A stretch of DNA of 64,000 bases from Betaproteobacteria bacterium. GTDB lineage: Bacteria; Pseudomonadota; Gammaproteobacteria; Burkholderiales; Burkholderiaceae_C. The translations under genes and the position numbers were made by a program. This document shows positions 28,780-38,842 of this stretch, one piece after another. Every line of letters begins with the position of its first letter. Positions within the stretch are counted from its first letter, which is position 1. Below the pieces are notes generated by a model. The model was not told where the DNA came from, did no database searches, and saw only the letters and a list, made by a program, of their open reading frames with translations. The stretch covers positions 3,823-67,822 of the forward strand of contig JANLOP010000066.1 in assembly GCA_031366635.1 (NCBI GenBank), written 5' to 3'.

Positions 28780-29583
28780 TCAGGCCTCGGTATCGTCCAC
28801 CAGCAGGCCTTTTTCAAGATGCACGACGCGCCCGGCGCGGGCGGCGGCTTTGGGGTCGTGCGTCACCATCACGATGGTCTTGCCCAGCTCATGCACCAGT
28901 TGATCGAGCAGCGACAGCACCTCCGCGCCGGTGCTGCGGTCCAGATCGCCGGTCGGCTCATCGGCCACGATCAGTTGCGGGTCGGTCACCAGCGCCCGGG
29001 CAATCGCCACCCGCTGCTGCTGGCCGCCGGACAGCTCACCGGGGTAGTGGTCGGCGCGGTCGGTCAGGCCCACCAGGCCCAGCACGGCGGCCACCCGATC
29101 ATGCCGCTGGCGCGCGTTCAGGCCGGTGAGCAGCAGCGGCAGCTCGACATTGTCAAAGGCTGAGAGCACCGGCAGCAGGTTGTAGAACTGGAAGATGAAG
29201 CCGACATTGGCGGCACGCCAGTCGGCCAACTCGCCCTCGCTCAGCCGGGCAATGTCCACCCCGCCGATTTCGATCGTGCCGCTGCCGGGCTTGTCGATGC
29301 CGGCAATCAGGTTGAGCAAGGTGCTTTTGCCCGAGCCGCTGGGCCCCATCAGCGCGATGAACTCGCCCTGCGCCACCTCCAGATCGATGTTCAGCAGCAC
29401 GGGAATAGCCTGGCCGCCGCGCACATAGCCTTTGCTCAGGTGGCGGATGCGGATCAGCGGCGCCGGTGTTGCGTTGGCCCGCTCTCCCTCTCCCGCACGC
29501 GGGAGAGGGTTGGGGTGAGGGTGCATCGAGCCCACGGTCTGCGGGTCGGCCGGGTGAATCGGCCCAGCCACAACACCGCTCAT
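28780..29583 (-). CDS. ABC transporter ATP-binding protein (LolD/MacB-like)
   Basis: [36 protein letters not shown]; start overlaps the adaptor stop. Confidence 0.92.
   Translation of the reverse strand: MSGVVAGPIHPADPQTVGSMHPHPNPLPRAGEGERANATPAPLIRIRHLSKGYVRGGQAIPVLLNIDLEVAQGEFIALMGPSGSGKSTLLNLIAGIDKPGSGTIEIGGVDIARLSEGELADWRAANVGFIFQFYNLLPVLSAFDNVELPLLLTGLNARQRHDRVAAVLGLVGLTDRADHYPGELSGGQQQRVAIARALVTDPQLIVADEPTGDLDRSTGAEVLSLLDQLVHELGKTIVMVTHDPKAAARAGRVVHLEKGLLVDDTEA
29486..29521. repeat. REP-like palindromic element inside the 5' end of the ABC ATPase gene
   Basis: ccctctcccgc-ac-gcgggagaggg followed by ttggggtgaggg; encodes [12 protein letters not shown]. Confidence 0.7.
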
Positions 29584-30884
29584 TTGGCCGTCACCAGCAC
29601 TTTGGCCCCGGCCTTCAGTGTCTGCACCGGGCTCAACACCACCCGCTCGCCCGATTTCAACCCACTGCCCGTCACCTCCTGCAAATCGCCAATCTTGCGG
29701 CCCAGGCTCACCGGCACCCATTCCACCGTATCGCCGACGATGCGGAACACGGCCTGTTTGCCGTCCCGCTCAACCAGCGCCTTCGGATTGATGGCGATCA
29801 CCGGCTTCTGGTCTTCCGGTGCTGCCGGCCGCGACAAAAAGCTCACTTTGGCGCTCATCTCCGGCAGGATGCGGGCGTCCAGCGTCTCGAAGCGGATCTT
29901 CGTCATCACCGTGGCCTTGGCCCGGTCCACCGTGGGCACGATGCGCGACACATTGCCGCGGAAGCGCATCTCGGGCAGCGCGTCGAGCGTGATCTCCACC
30001 GGCTGCTCGGGCTTGATGCGGGCCACATTGCTCTCCGAGACATCGGCCTCCACCTCCAGCGTGGCCATGTCGGCCATCGTCACCACCGCGCCCGAGGTGC
30101 CGCTGGCGCTGGAAAACGGCGTGATCATGTCGCCCACATTGGCGTTTTTTATCAGCACCACGCCGTCAAACGGCGCCCGGATCTCGGTGTTGGTCTGGTT
30201 CACACGTTGCACCGCCACCTGGGCCTGGCTTTGGCCGATGCCGGCCTGGGCCATCACGATGGCCGCCTGCTGGGTGGCCAGCACCGACCGGGCCACCGCC
30301 AGCCGGCGCTCAGCGCTGTCCACCGCCTGCGGCGAGACAAAGCCCTGGGCGCGCAAATCCTGCTGGCGCTTGAGTTCGACTTCGGCGTTCGCCAATTCGG
30401 CCCGCGCCTGGCCCACCGCGGCTTCAGCCTGCGCTTTGGCGGCCTGCGCCTGCACGACGCCTGACTGGCTGGCCACGATGGCGGCCTGCACATCGCTGGC
30501 CTCTAGCCGGCCGATCAGATCACCCTGCTTGACGGCGCTGCCCTCGCGCACCCGCAGCTCGATCAGCCGGCCCGTGCCCTTGCTGGCCACCGCCGCCCGG
30601 CGCTGCGCCACCACATAGCCCGAGGCAGTCAACTCGGCGTACTGCTGCGACGGGTAGGCCGCCAGCACCGCGCTGGCCTGCACCTCGGTCTTGCGCGGCA
30701 CCAGCAGCGCGGTCGCGGCGCCGGCCAGCAGCAGCAAGCCCATCACCCAGGGCCAGCGGCGGCGGCGTTTGAGGGGCGCGCTGCGGTCGATGCGCAGGCT
30801 GGCCAGCGACGGGGCAGAGACCGGGCCAGGAGCAGGGCCAGAAACGGGGCCAGAAACAACAGCAGGGGCGGGCGCGTCGGCCAT
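29580..30884 (-). CDS. Efflux periplasmic adaptor subunit (MacA/HlyD family)
   Basis: N-terminal TM, VREGSAVKQGD lipoyl-like motif, coiled coil, IRAPFDG. Confidence 0.92.
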   Translation of the reverse strand: MADAPAPAVVSGPVSGPAPGPVSAPSLASLRIDRSAPLKRRRRWPWVMGLLLLAGAATALLVPRKTEVQASAVLAAYPSQQYAELTASGYVVAQRRAAVASKGTGRLIELRVREGSAVKQGDLIGRLEASDVQAAIVASQSGVVQAQAAKAQAEAAVGQARAELANAEVELKRQQDLRAQGFVSPQAVDSAERRLAVARSVLATQQAAIVMAQAGIGQSQAQVAVQRVNQTNTEIRAPFDGVVLIKNANVGDMITPFSSASGTSGAVVTMADMATLEVEADVSESNVARIKPEQPVEITLDALPEMRFRGNVSRIVPTVDRAKATVMTKIRFETLDARILPEMSAKVSFLSRPAAPEDQKPVIAINPKALVERDGKQAVFRIVGDTVEWVPVSLGRKIGDLQEVTGSGLKSGERVVLSPVQTLKAGAKVLVTAK

Positions 30885-30959
30885 GTCAGGAGGGGGCGTG
30901 ATGCCAGGGCGGGCGGGGCCGCAAGCATGCCATGACGGCGCTCACCGGCGCGGCCAGGG

Positions 30960-30987
30960 CTTGAAAGCCGGCACAAGGGCCCAAAAT
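30960..30987 (+). promoter_or_regulatory. Probable sigma-32 promoter of htpG
   Basis: CTTGAAA-N13-CCCAAAAT, close to the CTTGAAA/CCCCATNT consensus, upstream of a heat-shock gene. Confidence 0.55.
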
Positions 30988-31064
30988 CCAGGGGTCGCGT
31001 CAGCCGATGATTTGTCAGCTTGCCGCCCCGATCACCGACCAAAAAGCCAAAGCCCCACGCCGCC

Positions 31065-32969
31065 ATGACCAAACAAACCCACGCATTCCAGGCCGAAGTC
31101 AAGCAGATCCTGCACCTCGTCACCCACTCGCTGTACTCCAACAAAGAGATTTTCTTGCGTGAGCTGGTGTCCAACGCCTCGGATGCCTGCGACAAATTGC
31201 GCTTTGAGGCACTGGACAATACCGCGCTGTTTGAAGACCAGCCCAAGCTGGACGTGCGGGTGTGGTTTGACGCTGACGCCAAGACCGTGACGATCCGCGA
31301 CAACGGCATCGGCATGAGCGCCGATGAGGCGTCGTCGCACCTGGGCACCATCGCCAAAAGCGGCACGCGCGAGTTCATGGCCAAGTTGGAAGGCGAGCAG
31401 AAAAAAGACGCCAATTTGATCGGCCAGTTTGGCGTGGGTTTTTATTCCGGCTTCATCGTGGCCGACCGCATCACCGTGGAGACGCGCCGCGCCGGCCTGC
31501 CCGCAGCCGACGGCGTGCGCTGGAGCAGCGAGGGCGCCGGCGAGTACGAGCTCGAGAACATCGACCGGCCGCAGCGCGGCACTGACGTGATCCTGCACCT
31601 GCGTGACGACGAGGCCGAGTTCTTGAGCACCTGGAAGCTCAAATCCATCATCAGCAAGTACAGCGACCACATCTCGCTGCCCATCCTGATGCAGCAGGAA
31701 GAATGGGACGCCGAAGCCTCGAAGCAAGTCAAAAAAGAAGCCTGGGAGCCGGTGAACAAGGCCGCAGCACTCTGGGCCCGGCCCAAAAGCGACATCACCG
31801 ACGCCGAGTACCAGGATTTCTACAAGCAGATCAGCTACGACAGCGAGCCGCCGCTGGCCTACACCCACAACCGGGTGGAGGGCCGCAGCGAGTACACCCA
31901 ACTGCTGTACGTGCCGGCCAAGGCGCCGCACGATATGTGGAACCGCGACAAGCGCGGTGGCGTCAAGCTGTACGTCAAGCGCGTCTTCATCATGGACGAC
32001 GCCGAGGCGCTGATGCCGGTCTACCTGCGCTTTGTCAAAGGCGTGATCGACTCAGCCGACCTGCCGCTGAACGTCAGCCGCGAGTTGCTGCAGGAAAGCC
32101 GCGATGTAAAGGCGATCCGCGAGGGATCGACCAAGCGGGTGCTGGGCATGCTGGAAAGCCTGGCCGACAGCGATGACGAAAAAACCGGCGCCGAAGACAA
32201 AGCCAAATACCTGAAGTTCTGGGGCGAGTTTGGCGCGGTGCTCAAAGAGGGCATCGGCGAAGACTTCACCAACCGCGAGCGCCTGGCCAAGCTGTTCCGG
32301 TTTGCGTCCACCCACGCCGATGAAGGCGTGTCACTCGCCGATTATGTGGCGCGCATGAAAGACGGCCAGGAGGCGATTTACATCGTCACCGCCGACAGTC
32401 TGGCCGCTGCCAAATCGAGCCCGCAACTCGAGATCTTCCGCAAAAAGGGCCTGGAAGTGCTGCTGCTGATCGACCGGGTGGACGAGTGGATGCTCAGCCA
32501 CCTGTACGAGTTTGAAGGCAAGCCGCTGCAAAGCGTGGCCAAGGGCGCGGTCGATCTGGACAAATTGCTGGACGAGGACGAAAAAAAGCGGGCCTCCGCC
32601 GTGGCCGAATCGTTCAAGCCCACGCTCGACAAGCTGAAAACCGCACTCGCCGACCGGGCCAAAGACGTGCGCGTGACCACCCGGCTGGTCGATTCACCGG
32701 CCTGCCTGGTGGTTGACGAGGGCGACATGAGCGGCCACCTGGCCCGAATGCTCAAACAAGCCGGCCAGAGCGCGCCCAAAAGCCAGCCCATCCTGGAGGT
32801 CAACCCCGAGCACGCGCTGGTCAAAAAGATGGCCGCTGAGGCCGACAACAGCGCCCGCTTCAATGACCTGGCCCACATCCTGTTTGACCAGGCGATGCTG
32901 GCCGAAGGCGGGCAGTTGGACGACCCTGCGGCTTATGTGGCGCGGGTGACCCAGTTGCTCAGCGCCTGA
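31065..32969 (+). CDS. htpG: Molecular chaperone HtpG (Hsp90)
   Basis: [38 protein letters not shown]. Confidence 0.97.
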   Translation: MTKQTHAFQAEVKQILHLVTHSLYSNKEIFLRELVSNASDACDKLRFEALDNTALFEDQPKLDVRVWFDADAKTVTIRDNGIGMSADEASSHLGTIAKSGTREFMAKLEGEQKKDANLIGQFGVGFYSGFIVADRITVETRRAGLPAADGVRWSSEGAGEYELENIDRPQRGTDVILHLRDDEAEFLSTWKLKSIISKYSDHISLPILMQQEEWDAEASKQVKKEAWEPVNKAAALWARPKSDITDAEYQDFYKQISYDSEPPLAYTHNRVEGRSEYTQLLYVPAKAPHDMWNRDKRGGVKLYVKRVFIMDDAEALMPVYLRFVKGVIDSADLPLNVSRELLQESRDVKAIREGSTKRVLGMLESLADSDDEKTGAEDKAKYLKFWGEFGAVLKEGIGEDFTNRERLAKLFRFASTHADEGVSLADYVARMKDGQEAIYIVTADSLAAAKSSPQLEIFRKKGLEVLLLIDRVDEWMLSHLYEFEGKPLQSVAKGAVDLDKLLDEDEKKRASAVAESFKPTLDKLKTALADRAKDVRVTTRLVDSPACLVVDEGDMSGHLARMLKQAGQSAPKSQPILEVNPEHALVKKMAAEADNSARFNDLAHILFDQAMLAEGGQLDDPAAYVARVTQLLSA

Positions 32970-32981
32970 TCTGGCGCATGG

Positions 32982-33013
32982 GCCCCGTCCCTCTGGCCGG
33001 GGGACGGGGCTTT
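32982..33013 (+). terminator. Hairpin terminator after htpG
   Basis: gccccgtccc...gggacggggc followed by ttt. Confidence 0.6.
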
Positions 33014-34140
33014 CAGTCCAGCCAGGCCAGATCGAGCGGCGGCGCAGCCATCGCCTCGATCTGCTCCTGCAACTGCACGGTCTGCTGGCCCCAGTAGCCG
33101 GCGCCGCCAAACCACGGGAAAGCAGGCGGAAACGCCGGGTCGCCCCAGCGCTCGGCCAGCCAGGCGCTGTGGTGAATCATGCGCAAGGTGCGCAGCGGCT
33201 CGATCAAGGCCAGCTCGCGCAAGTCAAACCTTCGAAACTGTCGATAGCCCTGCAGCACCGCCGCCATCTGGCCGCGCATCGCATCCATGCTGCCGGACAG
33301 CAGCATCCACAAATCCTGGATCGCCGGGCCCATCACCGCGTCGTCCAGATCGACGATCTGCGGGCCAATCCCGCCCCTGCCCTCACCCGATCCCCCGTCC
33401 AGACCCTCGTCGCGCCACAGGATGTTGCCCGGGTGGCAATCACCGTGCAGCCGCAGCACGGCGCTGGGCGCCGCCGCCAGCGCCGCGTCCACGGCGGCCA
33501 GCGCTTGCTGGCAGGTGCTGCGCCAGGCCGGCAGTTGCGCTGGCGGTACGCTGCCCAGCGCCAGCAGCCGGTCCAGCGCCGCATGGCCAAAGGTGGCGGC
33601 GTCCAGCGTGCGGCGGTGGGCAAACGCCTGCTGCTGGCCCACCGCATGCAGCCGGGCGATGAAGCGGCCCAGCCAGCGCAACGTCTCGGGCTGGTCAAGC
33701 TCGGGCCCGTGGCCCGAGCGGCGTGGGTAGACCGCCACGCGGAAGGGCTGGCCGTCGATCAGCGCATGGGCCAGGGTCTGGCCGTCGGGCAAGACCAGCG
33801 GCGCAACCACCGGCACTTCGGCGGCGGCCAGATCGGCGGCAAAGCGGTGCTCTTCGGCAATCTGCGCATCGGTCCAGCGGCCGGGCCGATAGAACTTGGC
33901 CACCACCGCGCCGCCGTCCTCCAGCATCACCTGGAACACCCGGTTCTCATAGCTGTTGAGCTGTAGCAACCGGCCGTCGCCACGCTGGCCCACGGCATCG
34001 AGCGCGTCCAGAATGGCTTGCGGGGTGAGCCGGTCGAAGGGGTGGTGGGCGGCCGGGGGGCGCGCCGGATCGGCGGGCGGGTTGGGGGCCGGGTTGGGGG
34101 CCGGGTTGGCGCCTGCCGCCAGGTCGGTTGGCGCCGTCAC
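33013..34140 (-). CDS. srkA: Stress response Ser/Thr kinase SrkA/RdoA (YihE)
   Basis: LNSYENRV, KFYRPGRW, LHGDCHPGN, DLDD, WLAERWGDPAFP. Confidence 0.9.
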   Translation of the reverse strand: MTAPTDLAAGANPAPNPAPNPPADPARPPAAHHPFDRLTPQAILDALDAVGQRGDGRLLQLNSYENRVFQVMLEDGGAVVAKFYRPGRWTDAQIAEEHRFAADLAAAEVPVVAPLVLPDGQTLAHALIDGQPFRVAVYPRRSGHGPELDQPETLRWLGRFIARLHAVGQQQAFAHRRTLDAATFGHAALDRLLALGSVPPAQLPAWRSTCQQALAAVDAALAAAPSAVLRLHGDCHPGNILWRDEGLDGGSGEGRGGIGPQIVDLDDAVMGPAIQDLWMLLSGSMDAMRGQMAAVLQGYRQFRRFDLRELALIEPLRTLRMIHHSAWLAERWGDPAFPPAFPWFGGAGYWGQQTVQLQEQIEAMAAPPLDLAWLD

Positions 34141-34179
34141 CGCTGGCCCTCGGGCCGGCGCAGCGCGGGCCCGCCGACA

Positions 34180-34968
34180 TCAGTGCCGAAACGGCGGCGT
34201 GGGCGGTTTGACATTCTTCACGATAGCAGGCCGCGCCTCGGCGCTCTCACCCGGCGCCGACAGGTCGCCATGCCCGGTCTCGAAGCTGCGCTCACTGGAA
34301 AAAAACGAATCGGAGAAGGCCGATGATTCTTGCCACAGCGTGCTGCGCTGGCGGCGCCGCGACGCGGGATCGACGCTGCCTTGCTGGGTTCCGGGCTTGG
34401 CGCCGGGCATGGCGCTGGTGCCCGAACTGCGGCTCTGGCCCTGCGCCGGCTGCGGCCCGCGCGATGCGCCCACGCTTTGCGGCACGAGCAACTGCAACTC
34501 GGGGATCGACGGCAGGTGGTCGGCCGGGCAGCGCAGGTAGCGCACCCGGCAGGCGCCCAGCACCGATTGCTTGATGCGCGTGGCACGCGCCGGCAGGCCA
34601 CCCCGGTCGTAGCTTAGATCGATGGCCGCCAGCACCCTGCCGTTGGCACTGCACACCGCAAAACCGACATGGGTGGCGCCCAGCAGCGTGTACCAGTAGC
34701 GCACCCGCTTTGGGTCACTGGGCTGGCAAAAACGCACCAGCGGCAATTTGGCCAGCACCGTGTGGTGCGGCAGCGCATCACACAGCAAACGGTAGAGGCG
34801 GCGCTCATCGGCGGTGAACACCGGCCGGGGCAACAAATCCCATTCCACCGGCAAGGCCGCCGGGTCGGCCTGGGCCGGCCGGTTGTGCCGCAACAGCCAG
34901 AACGCGGCCAGCACCGTGAGCACAGACACCGCAGCGGTGGCGACAAGCCAGGGGAGAGACTGCTGCAT
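34180..34968 (-). CDS. DUF2726-like membrane-anchored protein
   Basis: N-terminal TM; RPVFTADERRLY..L..ALP, VLAKLPLVRF, VLAAIDL. Confidence 0.7.
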   Translation of the reverse strand: MQQSLPWLVATAAVSVLTVLAAFWLLRHNRPAQADPAALPVEWDLLPRPVFTADERRLYRLLCDALPHHTVLAKLPLVRFCQPSDPKRVRYWYTLLGATHVGFAVCSANGRVLAAIDLSYDRGGLPARATRIKQSVLGACRVRYLRCPADHLPSIPELQLLVPQSVGASRGPQPAQGQSRSSGTSAMPGAKPGTQQGSVDPASRRRQRSTLWQESSAFSDSFFSSERSFETGHGDLSAPGESAEARPAIVKNVKPPTPPFRH

Positions 34969-35089
34969 GGGGCCGCGGCGTGGGACAAAGGCAAAAGCAG
35001 GTTGCTCAGGTCCGGAAGCAACATGCAAGAAATGACAAAGCCGGCCGAAGCGATAGTAACTTGCGCCCTTGCCGTGACGCACTGCCGGT

Positions 35090-35896
35090 TCAGGGGGGCG
35101 GTGGGTCGAGCCCGGCAGGCCCGGTCTGTTCGGCCGGCCGGGCCGATTTTCCGATGCCGGCTGTCACCCCGTGAATGGCATCCACCAGGCTGTCCACCAG
35201 GTGGGCTTGTTGCTTGAACCGGTAGTCGATCTCGGCGGCGCCGTCGCCCAGCCATTGCTCTACCTTCGACGCCAGCGTGTCGTGCGGCAGTTGCAGGTAG
35301 GCGTCGGACTCGCTGCCGGCACGCTGCACCGTGGCGCCGGCTTTGCGGGCGATGCGCAACATCGCGGTGTTTTCGCTCAGCGCGTGGATGAACAAGCTGC
35401 CGAAACCCCGGTTGCGGGCATGCAGCATGGCGTGCTCAAACAGCCGCTCGCCATAGCCCCTGCCGCGCGACGCCGCTGCCACCGACCCGCCAAACTCGGC
35501 CGCCAGCGTGCCCGGTGTATCGGCCGTCGGAAACGCCAGGTGGGCCAAGGCAATCAGTTGCAGCCGGCGGTTGAAGACGCCAAACACCTCGTCGCGCTCA
35601 AAGTGCAGGCCGTCAACATAGCGGCCAATCTGCTCGTCAGACGCGGCATAGCCAAAGCGCAGGTAACGGTCATGCTCGGGCAAATCGACCAGATGGGCCA
35701 GGATGCGCTCGCGGTGGCGGGGAGACAGCGACCGGATCGGTATCCACGGGGCATAAGCACGCACCGCCTCGTGCGGGGTGTGTACCGGGGCGGCAGGTGT
35801 AGCGGGTGGACCGGTTGGAGCGGGTGCGGCAGGGGCGGCAGAGGCGGCAGAGGCGGCAGAGGCGGCAGGGGAAGTTGAAGGGGGATCGGTCATCAT
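35090..35896 (-). CDS. GNAT family N-acetyltransferase
   Basis: DRYLRFG, AEFGGSV...RGRGYG, ENTAMLRIARK. Confidence 0.85.
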   Translation of the reverse strand: MMTDPPSTSPAASAASAASAAPAAPAPTGPPATPAAPVHTPHEAVRAYAPWIPIRSLSPRHRERILAHLVDLPEHDRYLRFGYAASDEQIGRYVDGLHFERDEVFGVFNRRLQLIALAHLAFPTADTPGTLAAEFGGSVAAASRGRGYGERLFEHAMLHARNRGFGSLFIHALSENTAMLRIARKAGATVQRAGSESDAYLQLPHDTLASKVEQWLGDGAAEIDYRFKQQAHLVDSLVDAIHGVTAGIGKSARPAEQTGPAGLDPPPP

Positions 35897-36222
35897 CGTG
35901 ATTCCCTGGTGGGTAGGTATAAACCCGGATGCTACGGCAAGTGGCTGCCCTGCGCGGGCGTCTGCTGTGCAGTGCCTGCGCGGCAATGCGGATTCGCGCG
36001 CTGATCGTGGCTATAATCCCGGGTTGCCCCAATGATGGCGGGGCGGTGTGGGGCCGGGGGCAATGCGCAAATCAAGCGGATTGCGCGGGCCCGAGAGACG
36101 GGATTCTGCGACCGAGAGGCTGCCTTGATAAGCGGTTCCGAGGTTGCGTGCGGCTCAACCCACCAGCGTGCCAGCGCGGTGCGGCGCCCATGGTGGGCGC
36201 ACACCCAACCCGAAAGACTCTC

Positions 36223-36651
36223 ATGAAGACCTTCAGCGCCAAACCGGCCGAAGTGACGCACGAGTGGTTTGTGCTTGATGCCACCGACAAGGTGCTCGGA
36301 CGTGTCGCCAGCGAAGTGGCACTCCGTTTGCGCGGCAAGCACAAGGCCATTTACACGCCTCACGTTGATACCGGTGACTACATCATCATCGTCAATGCCG
36401 ACAAGATCCGCGTCACCGGCAACAAAGCCGAAGACAAGATTTATTACCGGCATTCAGGCTACCCGGGCGGCATCCACGCCACCACCTTCAAAGAGATGCA
36501 GGCCCGGCACCCCGGCCGGGCGATCGAGAAGGCCGTCAAGGGCATGTTGCCAAAGGGCCCGCTGGGCTACGCGATGATCAAGAAGCTGAAGGTGTATGCC
36601 GGTGGCGCCCATCCGCACACCGCCCAGTCGCCCAAGGCGCTGGCAATCTAA
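36223..36651 (+). CDS. rplM: 50S ribosomal protein L13
   Basis: MKTFSAKP...[17 protein letters not shown]...[10 protein letters not shown]. Confidence 0.98.
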   Translation: MKTFSAKPAEVTHEWFVLDATDKVLGRVASEVALRLRGKHKAIYTPHVDTGDYIIIVNADKIRVTGNKAEDKIYYRHSGYPGGIHATTFKEMQARHPGRAIEKAVKGMLPKGPLGYAMIKKLKVYAGGAHPHTAQSPKALAI

Positions 36652-36660
36652 GGAGCGGTG

Positions 36661-37053
36661 ATGATCGGAAATTGGAACTACGGCACCGGCCGCCGCAAAT
36701 CGTCGGTGGCCCGGGTGTTCATCAAGCGGGGCGAAGGCCAGATCGTCGTCAACGGCAAACAGGTGATCGATTATTTCGGCCGCCAGACGTCGATCATGAT
36801 CGTCAAGCAGCCACTGATGCTCACCAACAACGAGATGGCGTTTGACATCAAGGTCAATGTGCGTGGCGGCGGTGAATCGGGCCAGGCCGGCGCGGTGCGC
36901 CACGGCATCACCCGGGCACTGATCGACTATGACGCCACGCTCAAGCCCGACTTGAGCCGCGCCGGTTTTGTCACCCGCGACGCCCGCGAGGTCGAGCGCA
37001 AGAAGGTGGGCCTGCACGGCGCGCGCCGACGCAAGCAGTTCAGCAAGCGCTGA
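36661..37053 (+). CDS. rpsI: 30S ribosomal protein S9
   Basis: [23 protein letters not shown], ends QFSKR. Confidence 0.98.
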   Translation: MIGNWNYGTGRRKSSVARVFIKRGEGQIVVNGKQVIDYFGRQTSIMIVKQPLMLTNNEMAFDIKVNVRGGGESGQAGAVRHGITRALIDYDATLKPDLSRAGFVTRDAREVERKKVGLHGARRRKQFSKR

Positions 37054-37070
37054 TTTTTGCCTGTCTGTTC

Positions 37071-37100
37071 AAGGGCCGCTCACCAAGCGGCCTTTGTTGT
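37071..37100 (+). terminator. Intrinsic terminator after rpsI
   Basis: aagggccgct-cacca-agcggccttt, then T-rich. Confidence 0.6.
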
Positions 37101-37263
37101 TGGTGCGCGTTGAAGCCGATTTGGCACGGCCTGGCAGACAAAAAGGCCGGCATAAATCCGCTTGGTTTCAGGGCTTGCAACCCCATGTTCATCAGGCTGC
37201 CGATAATTTTGTACAGTCGCGTAGCTGTTTCACGCTGAAACTGATTCACCCGCAGGAGTGCCC

Positions 37264-37638
37264 ATGAACGCCGTTGCTGAAATCCCCACCTCTGAACTTC
37301 TCGACATGCCGGCGCCGCTGGTGTTCACCGACAGCGCTGCGTCCAAAGTGGCCGATCTGGTGGCCGAAGAGGGCAACCCCGAGCTGAAGCTGCGGGTTTT
37401 TGTGCAGGGCGGCGGTTGCTCAGGCTTTCAGTACGGCTTCACCTTCGACGAGGTGGTGAACGACGACGACACGCAGATGAGCAAAAACGGCGTCACTTTG
37501 CTGATCGACGCGATGAGCTTGCAGTACCTGGCCGGCGCCGAGATCGACTACAAAGAGGATTTGCAGGGCGCGCAGTTTGTCATCAAGAACCCGAACGCCA
37601 CCACCACTTGTGGCTGCGGGTCCAGTTTCTCGGCCTGA
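37264..37638 (+). CDS. erpA: Iron-sulfur cluster insertion protein ErpA
   Basis: [26 protein letters not shown]. Confidence 0.95.
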   Translation: MNAVAEIPTSELLDMPAPLVFTDSAASKVADLVAEEGNPELKLRVFVQGGGCSGFQYGFTFDEVVNDDDTQMSKNGVTLLIDAMSLQYLAGAEIDYKEDLQGAQFVIKNPNATTTCGCGSSFSA

Positions 37639-37676
37639 GCGGCTAAGAGTTTTTCGATCAAGCCCGCTGAGCGAAC

Positions 37677-37700
37677 AAGCCGCCTTCGGGCGGCTTTTTT
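37677..37700 (+). terminator. Intrinsic terminator after erpA
   Basis: aagccgcc-ttcg-ggcggc followed by tttttt. Confidence 0.85.
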
Positions 37701-37730
37701 ATGCCGCGTGCCTGGGCGGCGCGCGCCCGG

Positions 37731-38819
37731 TCAGGGCATGCCCGGCAGCGTCGGGTTGCTGGCGTCGTACAGGCTCTGGATCACCGGCGGGTCCATGCCC
37801 TGTGGCTGCGACAGGCCGTCGTCGGCATCGACCAGCTCGGTCAGCAGAGCGGCCGCGCTGCTGACGAGCGGCCACGACAGGCAGGCCCCCGTGCCGTCGG
37901 TGGTGTCGAGCCCCAGTTCCAGCAGCGCGCTGGCCTGGAACAGCGACAGCGCCTTGTCCAGCCCGTGGTGGGTTTGGCTGCGGCAGAAGACGCAGTAGTC
38001 CGTCACCGACTCGGCGATGCGCGACGCCACCAGCAGTGCGGCGCAGGCCGAGATGCCGTCCACCATGATCAGGTGGCGCTTGCTGGCAGCCACCAGCATC
38101 GCGCCCACCATCACCGCTGTTTCGAAGCCGCCAAAGGCCGCCAGCACCTCGACCGCGTCGCTGACCTCGCGGTGCCGGCCTTGTGCACCCTGCACCACGA
38201 TCATCAGGTGCGCCAGCAGGTCGGGGTTCATCTGCGCGCTGCTGACCACAAAATCACGCACCGGCGTGTCGGTCAGGCGCGACAGCACCAGCGACGCGCT
38301 CTCGTGTGAGCCCACGCCCAGCCCGGCGCAGGCCAGCAGGTTGCCGCGCAGGCTGTCGCCAATCTCCATGCCGGCGCGGATGGCGGCATGGGCCTGCTCC
38401 AGGCTCATCGCCGGGCTGACACGGGCATTGCGCGTGCCGTGGGCGATCTTGCGCTGGATCAGCCGCTCATGCGCAGGCAAGGGGTTGGCGATACCGCAAT
38501 CGACCACCGACAGGCCAAAACCCTGCAAACGCGCAAACACCGACACCGGTTGCTGGTGGGCCAGGATCTGCTGCACCATCTCGTCGGTCTGCCGGCCCGG
38601 GCCGGCGTGGATGCCGTCCACCGCCAGGCCGTGGTCGGCGGCAAAAATCACCAGTTGCGGCTCACGAAACCGCGGTTTGAGCGAATGCTGCAGCAGCCCC
38701 AGCCGCACGGCCACTGGCTCCAGCTCACCCAGGCCGCCGTGGGCCATCGCCCGGCGGTGCAGCTTGGTCAGCAAGGCTTGTTCAAGCAGCGCGTTCGAGG
38801 TGGGGGCAATCAGCGACAT
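37731..38819 (-). CDS. CobT-like phosphoribosyltransferase homologue with divergent active site
   Basis: IFAADHG, FGGFETAVMVG, VDG, FCRSQTHHG; overall CobT layout. Confidence 0.8.
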   Translation of the reverse strand: MSLIAPTSNALLEQALLTKLHRRAMAHGGLGELEPVAVRLGLLQHSLKPRFREPQLVIFAADHGLAVDGIHAGPGRQTDEMVQQILAHQQPVSVFARLQGFGLSVVDCGIANPLPAHERLIQRKIAHGTRNARVSPAMSLEQAHAAIRAGMEIGDSLRGNLLACAGLGVGSHESASLVLSRLTDTPVRDFVVSSAQMNPDLLAHLMIVVQGAQGRHREVSDAVEVLAAFGGFETAVMVGAMLVAASKRHLIMVDGISACAALLVASRIAESVTDYCVFCRSQTHHGLDKALSLFQASALLELGLDTTDGTGACLSWPLVSSAAALLTELVDADDGLSQPQGMDPPVIQSLYDASNPTLPGMP

Positions 38820-38842
38820 GGCCGCAGTGTAGGCAGCGCAAC

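Noticed and set aside
36012-36017. TATAAT as the rplM promoter
   Set aside because: No recognisable -35 at a suitable spacing; cannot be supported from sequence alone.
37121-37137. Sigma-54 promoter TTGGCACGGCCTGGCA upstream of erpA
   Set aside because: The -12 GC is one base off the strict spacing.
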